Of a stretch of 64,000 nt of DNA, positions 25,701 to 39,100 are shown piece by piece. How positions within the stretch are numbered: the stretch's first letter is position 1; the number at the start of each line of letters is the position of its first letter. This DNA is from the human T2T-CHM13v2.0 reference genome, Homo sapiens. Where the stretch lies: assembly GCF_009914755.1 (NCBI RefSeq), contig NC_060936.1; one strand, written 5' to 3'. The notes under the pieces are model-generated. The model had not been told where the DNA came from. It made no database searches and saw nothing but the letters and a program-made list of their open reading frames with translations. A program made the position numbers and the translations under genes.

Positions 25701-26784
25701 TTTCAACCTCTGTAGAAAACTGAAGTTCCATAATTGCAACTTGAATCAAAACTCTTCTACCACTTTCCTCGCCCTCCTGTGGACTGGGGTGTCCTCTGCC
25801 CAGGAAGACACTGATGGGGCGGTAGGGTGGTGGTGGGTGGGCCACAGGGAACTGCCCACCCCTCCTCATTCAGGGGCCACTAGAACCTCCTGTCTGGTCC
25901 AAATCTCACTTCAGATTTTTAGAATCTTACTACAAACAATTTTTTGGCCACATTTCAAGACATGTCTTAGTTTTTAGCACAGGATTTTTACCAATCTCTC
26001 CCTAGCCCCCTCCACACCCTTTAATGATTCCCTTGGTTTTTATAAGTAGGTTTCCAGTTTTTTCCTCCTGCCTGCCAGCTCATCTAAGAAGTAGGATTTT
26101 TTTTCTCCTTTTTTATTATTGGTATTTAAAAAATAATAAAATGGAAAAAATGAATGTTTTTGCACTTCTGGCCTCTTGCTTTCGAGGTTCACACCCACTG
26201 GCGCCCTCCCTCTGAGGCTCACTAACATTCCACACTGCTGGGCGTGTGTCTGTGTGACTAGGATTCCTTGGCTGTTGTCTCCTGTCATCATAATTTCTCC
26301 CTTACCTCCTCACCTACTTGCATTCCTCCCTTTCTCCCACCCTCTGGTTGCCAGGCAACACAGCTGAGGGGCAGGAGGAGCTGGCAGGCAGTGCCCCCAT
26401 GGAAATACTGGCTGCCTGTCTTCCTCTCCCAGCAGCTTGGCTGGGAGTTGGGCAATTGCTGAAGGTCAAAGGCAGCCATCCATAGTTGTGTCATTCCCTC
26501 CACTAGGTATAAACCTGACACAATCAGGGAAATACTTGAAGGTAGGGAATGGGGTAAAGTAAGGCAGTTAGTTTTCCCTTCACACCCAAGAGGCTGGCGT
26601 GACTCCTGCCTTCCGGCAGAAGAGGGTAAAGGTGGAGATGAATTGGCCTTTCTGCGTTTCAGAAATGTGAATTTCATTTCCTTCCACACCTCTCTGTCCA
26701 GTGGCTGGGCTTGAGAATTAGAGTCGACCCGGCAAAATGACAAATTCACTTGTTAGCAGAGGTTGAATTTTTTGAGTTGGGGCC

Positions 26785-26930
26785 CATTTCTCTAGTACCA
26801 AACATGATCTGGGGACTCGCAGCATGGACAGCCTCTGGGAGCTTGTTAGGAATGCAGACCTCAGTCCCATCCCAGACCACCGAAACAGAAGCTGTAGTTT
26901 TTCAGAATGACTGGGTAATTTGCATGCATG
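26785..26930 (+). mobile_element. MER5-like hAT-Charlie element
   Basis: gcagcat...ctgggagcttgttaggaatgcagacctcagtcccatcccagacc...gaaacagaa. Confidence 0.75.
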
Positions 26931-28599
26931 CTGATCAAATACTGTCGATTCGGTCTTGTGTTCTTGAGACTTCTTCCTTTCTCCTGCTCAGTGGGGCGTC
27001 ATGGAGTCCTATGTTGGGGTCTTTCATGGGTTTACGGAGAGATGAGTGAGCAAATGCAGAGACTGTCTCAGCCTGACACAAACCCCTTCCCCTTTCTCCA
27101 TCTATCCTTACCCTACACAGGTATGAGACAAGGCATGTCCAGATATGTTACCTCCCTTATCCTCACACACTCCTGTGTCTATTTTTAAACAACGAATCCC
27201 AATTTTATTGATGAAGAAATGACCTAGGTTGTTGAAACTTACAGAGCTTCAATGGACTCGCCCTGGTGATTACTGAACAGCTTGCTTTCACCTTCCTTTG
27301 GTATGTGTCCTAGGCTAGAAATTCTGTCCTTTTAAACACGTAGCTCCAAAGAGTCATTATTGAAAAAAAGCAATCAGAAACAGAATGTTGGGTTTGGTTT
27401 GAGTCATAAATTCCACCATGTAGGGATGAAATTAAGGACTTTTTCCTGAGCCTCTGCAAATGATTCCAGTAGTTCAGAGGCCCTTTTGAACAAGAGGTTA
27501 CATGGATTGGGTTTCAAAGAAAAGAATGTCGAAAGACATCTTCCAGCTGAGAATGGGCTCCAGATGTGAGCATTGCTCTTCCAGATGTGTGGACGAATGG
27601 AGCGGGACTGAGATGCCTCACATGTCTGCAACATGAAATGGAAAATCCTCTCTCAGCCACAGGGGAAAGTAGGACAGGGGGAAGACAAATGGAATCCAAG
27701 TTAAACTCTTCAAGGTGGGGCCAGACTAACTCTAAGAAATCATTCCCAGGTGGGCTGATATTTTACGTATGCAGTATGTGTAGAGGCCACACCTCAAACT
27801 GTGCTGCTGAGCAGAAACTCAGAAGGTATTGTGTCTGCAGGAACTCACTCTTCTCAGACCTGCATAAATCTGATTCAGCCCCTTAGAGGAGCCTCACTGA
27901 GAACTGTTGAGACTACAGGCAGATCAAGCAGGACAGGCGGCGAGACTTACTCAGCGGAGCTGAGAACAGAGCCCAGAATGCGGAAGGGGAAGGAGCCAGG
28001 AGTCACACAGTCCTTTCTTTCTTCAGCTTCTGAATCAGCAACTCATTCTCTCGGGGATCGCTGGGTTTGTTTCTTTACAATGGCTAGAAGGTCCCATGTT
28101 TCTCAGATGAGTAAATTTGAAACCACAGAAAACTGAGGCCTTGTGGCCAAGTCCTCTTGGTTTGTCACATCTCTGAAAATCTGAGCCATTGTCAAACTCC
28201 TGGCTGCAGGGAATTAAACCCTTTATTTCCCTCTGCCAGCATCTTCACCTTCTCCAGGAAGATCTGCCAAAGGACTGCTCCAGGTGCAGGTCCACCCACC
28301 TCCCCACTTTCCCAAACCTTCCTCCTTTTCCATTTAGAGACTGTCCCTGAGTCCCAATTTCCATGTCACTCTGGAAGTGTGAAAGTGATCTTTATTCCCC
28401 ATACCTTCTCTATTTTTAAGCAACACAGTTAACTCACTCTGTACTGGTTCAGCTGGTGAGGATCCATATTTTTATTTTCCCCTAAGAGTTCCCAGCCTCT
28501 AAACAATACATTCTGACAAAACAGGTTAATTTAAGTTGCTAATTATTTACATTATTAAAACATTATTACATTTGCACATGTAATAATGTCTACATACTG

Positions 28600-28602
<3 letters not shown>

Positions 28603-28630
<28 letters not shown>
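28603..28630. repeat. (CA)n microsatellite
   Basis: Directly visible. Confidence 0.95.
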
Positions 28631-28634
<4 letters not shown>

Positions 28635-28904
28635 CTAAACTGGCATAATCCCTGGTTAATATGCTAATAATAAAATTGATGATTACTAAGTTGAAAAAGT
28701 TAATTAGCTGTCTTCTGTTTTTGTATGTGGGGCCTAATCCTCCCTGTGATCTTGGGCCCAACACATTTCTCAAAGGCCACACCAGTCAGAAGGTAGATTT
28801 TCCAGTTGGAAGGTATTGAGAGCATTGCAGGGGTAAACCCAGTACCAGTCCACCCTGGGAGGACATATGTCATTATACTGAGAATCAAGTATCAGGAAGT
28901 ATAG

Positions 28905-29283
<379 letters not shown>

Positions 29284-30224
29284 CATTTCCTTTTGTTTTT
29301 AATCAATTTAGAACTGAATTCTCAAGCTGCTGTTTGTTTTGATTCTAGGCATATTTTGATATTCCAGTTAGTACCCAATTCAGTTTATATATGTATAAAA
29401 TTACACACCCTGCATCAAAAACATCTTTACATATTTTTATACTTAAACCCAGTTCAAATTGATTTAAGGCTTAGGAAAATAAGTTAGGTTTAGTTCAGTA
29501 TGTGGTTTAGAAAATGTGTACACTTTATTCTGGCTTCCAACTAAAACTGTGGTGTGTTTCTTGCCTCTGAATTGGACAGATTTCTATGTTTGGCCTGTAT
29601 TGTGGCAATGGTGTATTATTTTGTTCTTGTCAGTTGCATTCATCATTATTTTAAAAAGATTCCAGAAAGCCTGGTGTTACAGTTAGCCCACCTTGACCCT
29701 AAATGCTGCACTACTGCATTTTGACCAAGCATTGGGATCATAAAAATTATCCACCTTCTGTTTCTAGGCTTTCCCCACAGCTTGCAGCCCAGAGTCAGGA
29801 GAAATGGCGTTTTACTTCATGTGCTTCCCTAGAGTGAGCAGGGCTATCCAGACTGAAGGGAAATGGCATTTCTCCTTCTGCAACTCAGGACCCTACTGGA
29901 TTAATTCTTGCCTAAGAGGGCATCTCAGCCATGTGTTCTCCAGCTCATTAATCCTCAGCAGTGACTAACGCTGAAAACCCAACCCTTGTCTTTGGCTGCC
30001 AAGGGTGTAATTTCGCTTGGAATGTTGCTTTCAGTTGACTTGTTCTCTACCTTTCTTTTCACCTGTCTGTTATGCTTAGCTCTACCCTCCTGCACGTGTT
30101 AATTCTAATCCTTTGGTGATCTAAACTAAAGAAAATGCCTCAGGAATAAACTTTTTATGGATAAGGTTTTTTTTGTGTGTGCTATGACACCTATACCTCT
30201 AATATTAGTTTAAATCTACCATTT

Positions 30225-30410
30225 CTCGAATGCCTATGTGCCAAGTAACTTACACGTATCACATTTGTTGTTACTAACAACCCAATATAGTGTTGTCCCC
30301 ATTTTTTAGATGAGAAAACTGAGGCTCAGAGAGTCTGAATGCCTTGCCCAAGGCCCTGCAGCTAGAAATCAGATTAAACCTCGTCTGTCTGACTCCAAAG
30401 TTTGTGCTTC
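30225..30410 (-). mobile_element. MIR SINE
   Basis: ccccattttttagatgagaaaactgaggctcagagag...ttgcccaagg...tctgactccaaag. Confidence 0.85.
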
Positions 30411-30539
30411 ATGGACTTCCAGCTCTGGTTCATGTTACCCCAGTAGAGCCCTGTGACTTCAAGAATTTCTCAAATGTCCAAAGCAATCTATTTTAATTCA
30501 CTTTATTAATAAAGATAATAATTCCTGTCTGTCTCACAG

Positions 30540-31455
30540 GTGGTATAATGAAGTGAAAGGAAGCAGAAGAGAGTGTTATAGTTGGAAAGGTGGGAAATCA
30601 CCCCCTCCATGCTGAAGGGAAGATTTCAGGTTCCAAATGACACGTTTCCCTCAGAATGACTTTTGCTGTAGGTATGTGAACCTGCCACCACCCTTTGAAT
30701 TTGGTGGATTGATTTAACGCTGTATCTGAACCTGACTGAGGAGATTCCTTCCTGGTTCATGACCCCGCTCTTGGAGATGCAGGATCTTGAACCGGAAGAC
30801 TCTGAGTGACAGAATGAAGAGCTGGAGGAATCAGAGTGAGATACAAGAGGGTTCTAGATTTGTTCCTCATTTTATCAGACAATTGAGTGTTGATCTTCCT
30901 TCTGGAACTTGTAACAAGAGAGTGAACGGCAAACATGGACCGTTTACCCTCAAGTTTGTTTTCTTGTGCATACCCCCTCTTCCTGACACCTTGGAAGAAC
31001 AGCCTCTCTTGACCACCAGAGGACAAGCCTGTGTAGGCGTAGAGTAGATGCGTGGCTGAGTGCATGTTTGCACCCTCATTTCACATCCGTCTATAAAGCA
31101 TTTGAGGCAGTTCAGACAATAGCATGATCACCAGCTGTGCTGCCATTTCTTCCAACAGTGACCATGGATATCTTTGCTGTGTTCCTGAAACTCTGCAGAC
31201 AGTCCTAAGGGATCCAGTGGGTCCTCTGATGGACCCCAATGCTGGAAGTCACGCATATAGCTCTGAAGAGTTGTCACAAGAAATGGCGTTTCTGGAGGAT
31301 GCACAGGAAACTTTTCATTTGGCATGAAAAAGGCTATTGGATTTGCAAAGACTGCAGAGGAAGAGTTTAAATTCTGAGCCCTCAAAACAGATTTTTAGAA
31401 AAGTGTCTTCCAACCTTTGTTTAGTACAAATAAAGAAGATAAGACAACACCCTTC
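30540..31455 (+). ncRNA. Candidate spliced lncRNA exons (30540-30671 internal; 31159 to about 31455 terminal)
   Basis: Acceptor ctgtctgtctcacag|, donor TAG|gtatgt, acceptor ccatttcttccaacag|, AATAAA at 31429-31434 followed by a T-rich tract; motif evidence only. Confidence 0.3.
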
Positions 31456-33314
31456 CCAGGATCTTTCTCTTGGATTTTTTAATTTTTATTTATTTATTTA
31501 TTCATTTATTTTTTGCCTATGATGGGGGTACTATTAGGAAAGGGAGATCAAAACCTCTCGCTCCTTAGGTTGTATGTAATGCTTACTCAGGAAATATGAG
31601 CCAACATTTTGGAATCTTTATCATTATATATTAGTTGCCTTACTGATGAACTCTACGGAGACTATCGTATTTACCAAAATAGAATGACATCTCTGCAGAA
31701 TCTTTTATCATAGGATTTCTTGGTCAAATCACCTTCCCTCTAATTTGCAGAGATGAGAATAAAAATCAAGAGAGGTCACTAGTTGAAGAATAAGTCATCA
31801 GCAGAAGCTGATGATCTCAGCCTCCTTCAGTCTGGCTTGGAGCCAGGTGATGGGTTCAGCGCACGAGCCTGGCCTTCTTTCCCAGCCCTCAATATGCATA
31901 TTTGCTGCAATGGGTACATGTAGTTAGTGCTGAAAACAGGTGTGGGGTGGAGCAAGTCCAGTGGCTCTTTAATTATTTGAAAATTTGAGGTCAGTTAAGT
32001 TTCTCAATTATTAATGATCATCCTTTGGACATCAATATGCCAAGTACTGCACTTGTCACCCAGAAGAGGAGGTGAGGTTGTGACGTTTCAGCATTTCACT
32101 AGGATGGAAGAAGAATCAGGCATGAAGCCACCAAAGAAGGACATGGACGGTCATCAAAATGGCAAAGAAAGCAATGTGAAGGGAGTGCTAAAGGGAAAGG
32201 GTGTCAGTGTCCTGGCAGTGTAGCCAGGCTGAGGTTGGAAGAAGCCATGAACAAAGCCTGGTTCAGAGAGAAGGGGAAGCCACGTGGTAACATATTGTCC
32301 AGGCAAAGGGCAAGAGTCTTCAGGTGTATTAATGACTGGATAAAGAACGAACATGATTGGAGCCACAGGGCTGTATTGTGCTGCAGCAGGTGCTGACGAG
32401 GTGGGGGAGAGTGCGGGTGGAGATATCAGGAGCTATGCACAGGTTCTGAGCCAGATATGAAATGGGCTTTGAACCTAGTTGGTCTGAGCAGCTGCATTTG
32501 GTATCAATTAGCATAAAAAACAATTGAAACCAAAGAAATCTGCAAGAGGACAGCTCTAATAATCTAGCATTGAGAAGCATAAAAACTGAACCTGTGTTGA
32601 GACATTTGGAATGGAGAAAAAGACCCTAAGACAGGACATAGGGCAGAGGAACCATTAGCCAGGGCTCAGCAAAGAAATGGTGATGGAATTGGAGGAGAGA
32701 TATTACATGTGTTTTTTGCCTCTTGGAATTTTTGAGCTGGAAGAGCCCTTAGTCTAATATCATTATTTTACAAATGGGAAAACCAAAGCACAGAGGGGCC
32801 AGTGAAGAAGTTGTATCTATAGACTTCCAGGTGGGCCAATGAAATTCAATTAGGTCTATATTTTATTTGGAAAATAACATAAATATGTTTTAGGTTTCAG
32901 ACACAGAAGCTTAATTAACTAATACGGTGTGTCAAGCAGAGCACTGGTTTCAGGCTTTTGACTTTTGCATTCTGATTCCAGAAAACTTGACCCCTGATAA
33001 GCTCTGACCCTTGATCCCTGGAGACCTTTGGGAGGTAGTAAGTTACTTTGCATTGGGGCTACTACGGATGGAAAGGATCAGGTTCTCCAAAAGCCACTGG
33101 AAAACATGGTGGGGCAGAAGACTGGTGGGATCTCAGAGCTACACCCTGCTCCCTGGGGCTCTGAGATCTGGGAGCGGTCAGGCTAGACTGTATCTTTCCC
33201 AGGATGTCCCATTCTGGTCTGGGTCATCTGGCTTCTACCCAGACTCGCGTCAGCCTCCACACTGTGATTATCCATGACACTTCAGCCAGCAGCATCTCCA
33301 CAGCACAGTTTATC

Positions 33315-33339
33315 AAAAAAAAAAAAAAAAAAAAAAAAA
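33315..33339. repeat. Poly-A tract
   Basis: About 25 A. Confidence 0.9.
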
Positions 33340-34389
33340 GATCCTTTCCCAGGAACTGGGAACGCGTTTCATTTAGCTTCATTTAAAATACATTGTTAAA
33401 GCGATGTGCTCCACGGAGCTGCCAAATGCTATAAATATGTATGAAGTCGCAGTAGCCTCCTACACCCATGGAGAGGCCAGTTTTGGGATGGATAACAGAC
33501 AGGGGGAATTTTAAGTACATCCTGTTCCACTAACACTTGCTTCTTTTCCATTCTGTTCTTCCTCCTTTTGCTCTCTCCTGCTCACTAACCCCCCTCACCC
33601 CAGCAGAAAAAATAATTGCTACGAGGGCTGAGCCTGAAGATTTCTTTTTTTTTTTTTCCTTAAAGTGTTGCAAAACCTTAAAACTGTAAGGGAATAACAG
33701 CTTTCCCCACAACACACAAACACAGCTCTCCTCTGGCAAACAGGAAACACTCCCAGGGCTGTGGGCTCCTGAGCCAGGAAATGGGTCTTTGCTGCTCTGG
33801 TTACCTTCTCCTCAGGTTCTTCCTGGGCATTCAATGCAGTTAAAAATAGTAACCACCAAAACCAGAAGAAAAGATGATTTCATTGTCTAACCGCTGCAAC
33901 TTGTGGCCTGATTTGGGTGGTGGCAGAGAGGGAGCTAATCCTCTGAGTTGGCGCCTTGGGAATTCTCTTAGGGTCGAGCTGGTCCCTGCCCCAGGATTTC
34001 AAAACGGGGTATCCCTGAGGAGCCAGCCCAGCTCAGGAGGGCGGCGTGTTAGGCAGAGCCAGCTTACCACACTCGTGCACACTGTGGGTGAGGCAGCTGG
34101 TGGAAATGCAAGATCTCTCCGTGGCCCAGCCTGTGAGCAGTGCAGGTGGCACACACCCGCCCTGGCTTGGGAAGGCAAGGCTGGGGGCGGAGCCTGTCTG
34201 CTATCTGAGCTAGTCATTCCTGCAGTGGTCTGGGTAGTGTGCATCCTCAGCTGGCCCTGGCAGGCATAAGAATTTGTAGAGTATGCTCAGTTCCACTCAG
34301 CATAGGGAGCTGTCACAGTGACAGGTACAGAAGGGACCCAGTGGGCTTCTAAGGCTATGTGAAGACAAAGATAGTTTGAGAAGGTACTT

Positions 34390-35460
34390 TATCGGGGAAC
34401 CTGCCCTGATATTCATGTAGGTTCTTTTCTATTTTCCCTAAGCATTGGCCAGCTTGAGAAATAAAGGGACAGAGTACAAAAGAGAGAAATTTTAAAGCCA
34501 GGCGTCTGGGGGAGACATCACATGTCTGTAGGTTCCGTGATGCCCCACAAGCCACAAAAACCAGCAAGTTTTTATTACGGATTTTCAAAAGGGGAGGGAG
34601 TGTGCTAATAGGTGTGGGTCACAGACATCAAGTACTTTACAAGGTAATAGAATATCACACGGCAAGTGGAGGCAGGGCGAGATCACAGGACCACAGGACC
34701 GGGCCTAAATTAAAATTGCTAATGAAGTTTTGGGCACCATTGTCATCGATAACATCTTATCAGGAGACAGGGTTTTGAGATCAACCGGTCTGACCAAAAT
34801 TTATTAGGCGGGAATTTCCTCTTCCTAATAAGCCTGGGAGCGCTATGGGAGACTGGAGTCTATTTCACCTCTGCAGTCTTGACCATAAGAGACAGGCACA
34901 CCTGGGGGGGCTGTTTATAAGCCTATACCTCCGGGTGCGTGTTCTCTTTCTCAGGGATGTTCCATGCTGAGAAAAAGAATTCAGCGATATTTCTCCCATT
35001 TGCTTTTGAAAGAAGAGAAATATGGCTCTGTTCTGCCTGGCTCACCGGCGATCAGAGTTTAAGGTTATCTCTCTTATTCCCTGAACAATTGCTGTTATCC
35101 TGTTCTTTTTTCAAGGTGCCCACATTTCATATTGCTCAAACACACATGCTGTACAATTTGTGCAGTTAATGCAAATATTACAGGGTCCTGAGGCGATATA
35201 CTTCCTCCTCAGCTGACAGGATTAACAGATTAAAGTAAAGACAGGTGTAGGAAATCACAAGGGTATTGACTGGGGAAGTGATAAGTGTCCATGAAATCTT
35301 TACAATTTATGTTTAGAGATTGCAGTAAAGACAGGCATAAGAAATTACAAAAGTATTAATTTGGGGAACTAATAAATGTCCATGAAATCTTCACAATCCA
35401 CGTTCTTCTGCCATGGCTTCAGCTGGTCCCTCCGTTTGGGGTCCCAGACTTCCCGCAACA
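34390..35460 (-). mobile_element. MER11-family (HERV-K11/ERVK) solo LTR, probably MER11C
   Basis: Minus strand begins TGTTGCGGGAAGTC.GGGACCCCAAACGGAGGGACC and ends ...CAGGTTCCCCGATA; 1071 bp; exact 6-bp TSD GTACTT at 34384-34389 and 35461-35466. Confidence 0.93.
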
Positions 35461-35642
35461 GTACTTGAGGGTCTCCAACAGTTAATCATGTTGAATAAAA
35501 GAGAGATCAGTTTTTACAATGAAGAACCTTGCTCCACCCCCTGCCATGCAGATTAAAATCCTCCAAAGCAGAGGTAAATTCACAGTGATGAAAAGATCCA
35601 CATCCCTCTAAATAGGTTTATGGTCCTTAATTTTTAATTTGC

Positions 35643-35927
35643 TTTTTTTTTTTTTTTTTGAGACAGGGTCTCACCCTGTCATCCAGGCTTGAGTGCAGTG
35701 ATGTACTCATGGCTCACTACAGCCTCGGACTCTTGGGCTCAAGTGATCCTTCCACCTCAGCCTCCCAAGTAGCTGGGACTACAGGCATGAGTCAGCACAC
35801 CCAGCTATTAAATTTTTTTTTCTAGAGATAGGGTCTTGCTATGTTGCCGAGGCTGGTGTTTAACTCCTGGCCTCAAGTAAGCCTCCCAAAGTGCTGGAAT
35901 TACAGGCATGAGCCACTGCACCCAGCC
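35643..35927 (-). mobile_element. AluJ
   Basis: gagacagggtctcac...catggctcactacagcctc...gggctcaagtgatcc. Confidence 0.92.
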
Positions 35928-35939
35928 TTGCCACTCATT

Positions 35940-36490
35940 GGGCAAGAGTTTTAAAAATAAGTTCTGTGTGCCTAGCACCTCCTGAAGTGTTGTGGGGATA
36001 CAGAAGAGATATAAGAGCTGTTTGCCATCTTTGAGGACTTTATAGTTAAGGAGAGAGAATGAACTCAGCTGAAGCAAACTGGAGACAAGACATGCAAAGC
36101 ATTCAGCCAGGAAGTCCTGAGTGCCTACCAGACACTGCTCCGGGGAGGGCAGCTGTGAAATAGCATAAAGAAATGCCTGCTGTCAGGAGCTCATGCTCTA
36201 GTTGGGGGAGCAGGTGGAATAATAAGTGGGGTATATGCCATATGCTGGCTAATGCTGGATAATGGATAACAGGTAAGCAGAAAAATAAAGTGGCAAAGGG
36301 GGATAGGAAGTGTTGGGGAAGGGTTGCAATTTTAGGATAGGTGACTGGAAAAGTTCTTCCTGAGACAGTGACATTTGAGTCGAAACACGAAAGATACAAG
36401 TACTGAAACTGCATGGTTCAGGCTGGAAAAGGACAATCGTAGAGTGGTAAATTGGGAAATAAGCAGAGGACATTCATGCAGAGGCTGAGG
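35940..36490 (-). mobile_element. L2 fragments
   Basis: gagtgcctaccagacactg...ggagctcatgctctagttgggg...gtgacatttgag. Confidence 0.65.
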
Positions 36491-38004
36491 CTATATCCAC
36501 ACCCTTGAAAGTCGGAAAGGCTTTATCTAGTAAGAAGAAGGGATAAGAGGGACAGAATTGATATGATTACCTTGAAATTTGTATAATCCAATAAATGTTT
36601 TCTCTGCTCTGTGTCTTATATATTACACAGTTTCAAGAAAAACAATTCTATTGCCTACTTATACCCTTTGGGTGGATACATCAGCACTTGGACTTTTCCC
36701 AGGGATGTCCGGCAGTCCCCATCACAGCATTGGGGACTGGGAGGCAGCACGAGGATTGCTTAGCAATGTCCACCGGGGAGGTAGCCTGGGTGGGAGGGCA
36801 GTGGCTCTGCCCTCACCCAGGGGGACATGGGGTTGAGAGTTGCTCAGCCGCTTTCTAACCTTGTGACCTGGTGTGCTAATTTTCTCATCTGTTAGTTGAG
36901 AATATTACCTTATTATTATTACTTTTTACAGGGTTGTTATTAGGCACACATTAAGAGCTCAGCAAGTCATACCCATGATTACTGTTATCGTGATACCACA
37001 TAACTATGTGAAACAAAATGACGAGCCGACAATTGTGAAATCTGTCATAAGTCTGAAGGGTGCTAACATCAGTCAAACTTGTATTTCACTGTAGAACTGC
37101 CAGCCTCGGGTCAATGACTAAATCAGGCACAAAGAGAGGCTAAATAATGCACCCCTGTCCACCACACTTGGGAGGTGTGGTTGGATGCATGCTCTGACCT
37201 GGGGCACCAAGGTGGAGTACTTTGAGGGTTTGGGGCAAGTCCTGGGGAAGAAGAGTGGAGAAGAGGTGGGGAGGAGGCAGGTGGGGCTGACCAAGATGTA
37301 GGTCTGAATCTGGCATCAGCCTCCGGGCCATGAACTCCTGTGAACCTTCCTACCAGAAGGTGCTAGCTCACCAGCATCATAGGTTGTCCATCCATCCTTC
37401 CCTGGGGAGTGTCACTCAGGAGGGGACCTGGGGAGAGCTGGCACTGAGACTTCTGCTTTCCCATGCACTATCTCTTTCCTTCTTATTGATCTTGACAGTT
37501 CACCATGTGAGTGCTCAAAAGCTTATGATAAAAAACCTGATCAACCTGATGGTGAAGCTGTAAGAAGTTTCAGGCATTTAAAACTGGTCTGGATAAGACC
37601 TGGGGGAATCCTGTGGTCAGCGAGTTAAGAAGGATAGAAGGCCCTCGGAAGATTGAGAAAAGAAACATGGGGCTGCAGAGAGCCGAATGTTTCGGAGCAA
37701 ATGAAAAGTCCATGGCGTGTGCTAGAGTCTCACACTCTGGGTGGCAGGAAGACCAGGTCCTGCTGCAAATCTTACATCGGCTTCTTGAGTGTTTAAGTCA
37801 CTTTGCAATGTCATGCTCATCACTGAGCTCTGGTCTCCCTTTGAGCACAAGGGACAAGCCAGGCTCTTCACATGCACAATTCTGTGTCCATTGCTGATGA
37901 AGGTTTCTCTTGACTTCCCATAGGCTGAATGGGCAGGCATTCAAATACTTGATGATTCATTGATCAACAAGGCAGTAACTAGGACTTTTTAACAATCTAT
38001 TTTT

Positions 38005-38300
38005 AAGGTTTATTGAACACTTATTACATGCTAGGCACTGTGCTTTACACACATTATCTCATCTTATAAAAACTTTATGATACATGTACTCATATTTGTT
38101 TTGCAGGGAAGGAAATGAAGCCTCAGAGAGGTTATGTGATATGCCTCAGCCTCACAGTTAGTAAGAAGGAGGACTCCTGGGGTGGGGTTACTCATTCTGC
38201 CTAGGGTGAGGTGGAAGGATGAAATGGCCCCACAGAGGAGGTGACATTGAGACTGGCTCACACCAATGGCTGTGAGCTTGAACACAGTGCAGTACTGCCT
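38005..38300 (-). mobile_element. MIR SINE interrupted by an 85-bp copied segment
   Basis: ttattgaacacttattacatgctaggcactgtgct...cacagttagtaag; insert at 38174-38258. Confidence 0.8.
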
Positions 38301-38479
38301 TAGCATCCACCAGTGTTTAATTTTTGACTTGTTTATGTCTATCAAAGTAGGTTACCAAGGATGGGTAGATGTGTGATCTTTTGGGGCGAGTAGGATAAGG
38401 AGATAAACATATTTATAGTGCACTAATGTTACAACCAATCCATTTTCACAATCTTTCATTCATGTATAAATCGATTTTG

Positions 38480-39100
38480 TTCAATAAAAATAATAAAGCA
38501 CGCACTATGTTTAAGCATGGCTGGCCATTGGTGAGGGTTCAGAGACAAAAGATCATTCCTGCCTTCAGGATCTTGCTGTCTCTTGGAAACAGGGAGACAG
38601 AAAAGTGAATATTGGTAAACTCAGGTGTACTTAGAGGCTGTGGGAGCTCCCAGGAGGGGCATCAGATTCACACTAGGGCTGCGGGTGTCTTCCTGGGGAT
38701 GCTGATGGCCAGGCTGAGTCTTGTAGACTAGGCCAGGCAAGGGAGAGCAGGCCAGGCAGAAGGGCATTTCATCAGGCAGGACATGGAATGCTTGGAGGTT
38801 TCAGGCTCAGGCACAGAGAGAGTTCAGTATGGCTGGGACATAAGGCAGGGAGAAGAGGGTGACAGGCTGGTGGGCCTGAGAGACAGGGACAGTCAGACCA
38901 GGGAAGGCCTTGTGTGCTGGCCAAATAGTGGGTCCATATCCTAAAAGCAATGGGGTGCCATTGAGTAGCTTGCTACAGAGGAAAGACTTAGTAGTTTTAG
39001 AAAACCACTCCGAGAGCAGGGGAGATCAACCAGGACAGGGCAGCTGGAGAGGAGAGACAGGCTAGGAAGCAATGAGAGGATCCAGGACAGTGAGCTAGAA
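38480..39100 (-). mobile_element. L2 fragment
   Basis: cctgccttcaggatcttg...agttcagtatggctgg...gaaggccttgtgtgctgg...gcaatggggtgccattga. Confidence 0.65.

Noticed and set aside
29801-31291. 13-mer agaaatggcgttt present near 29800 and 31279
   Set aside because: Too short to separate from chance, with no extended homology.
35230-35397. Imperfect ~90-bp direct repeat
   Set aside because: Lies wholly inside the MER11 LTR and appears to be intrinsic to that family, not a local event.
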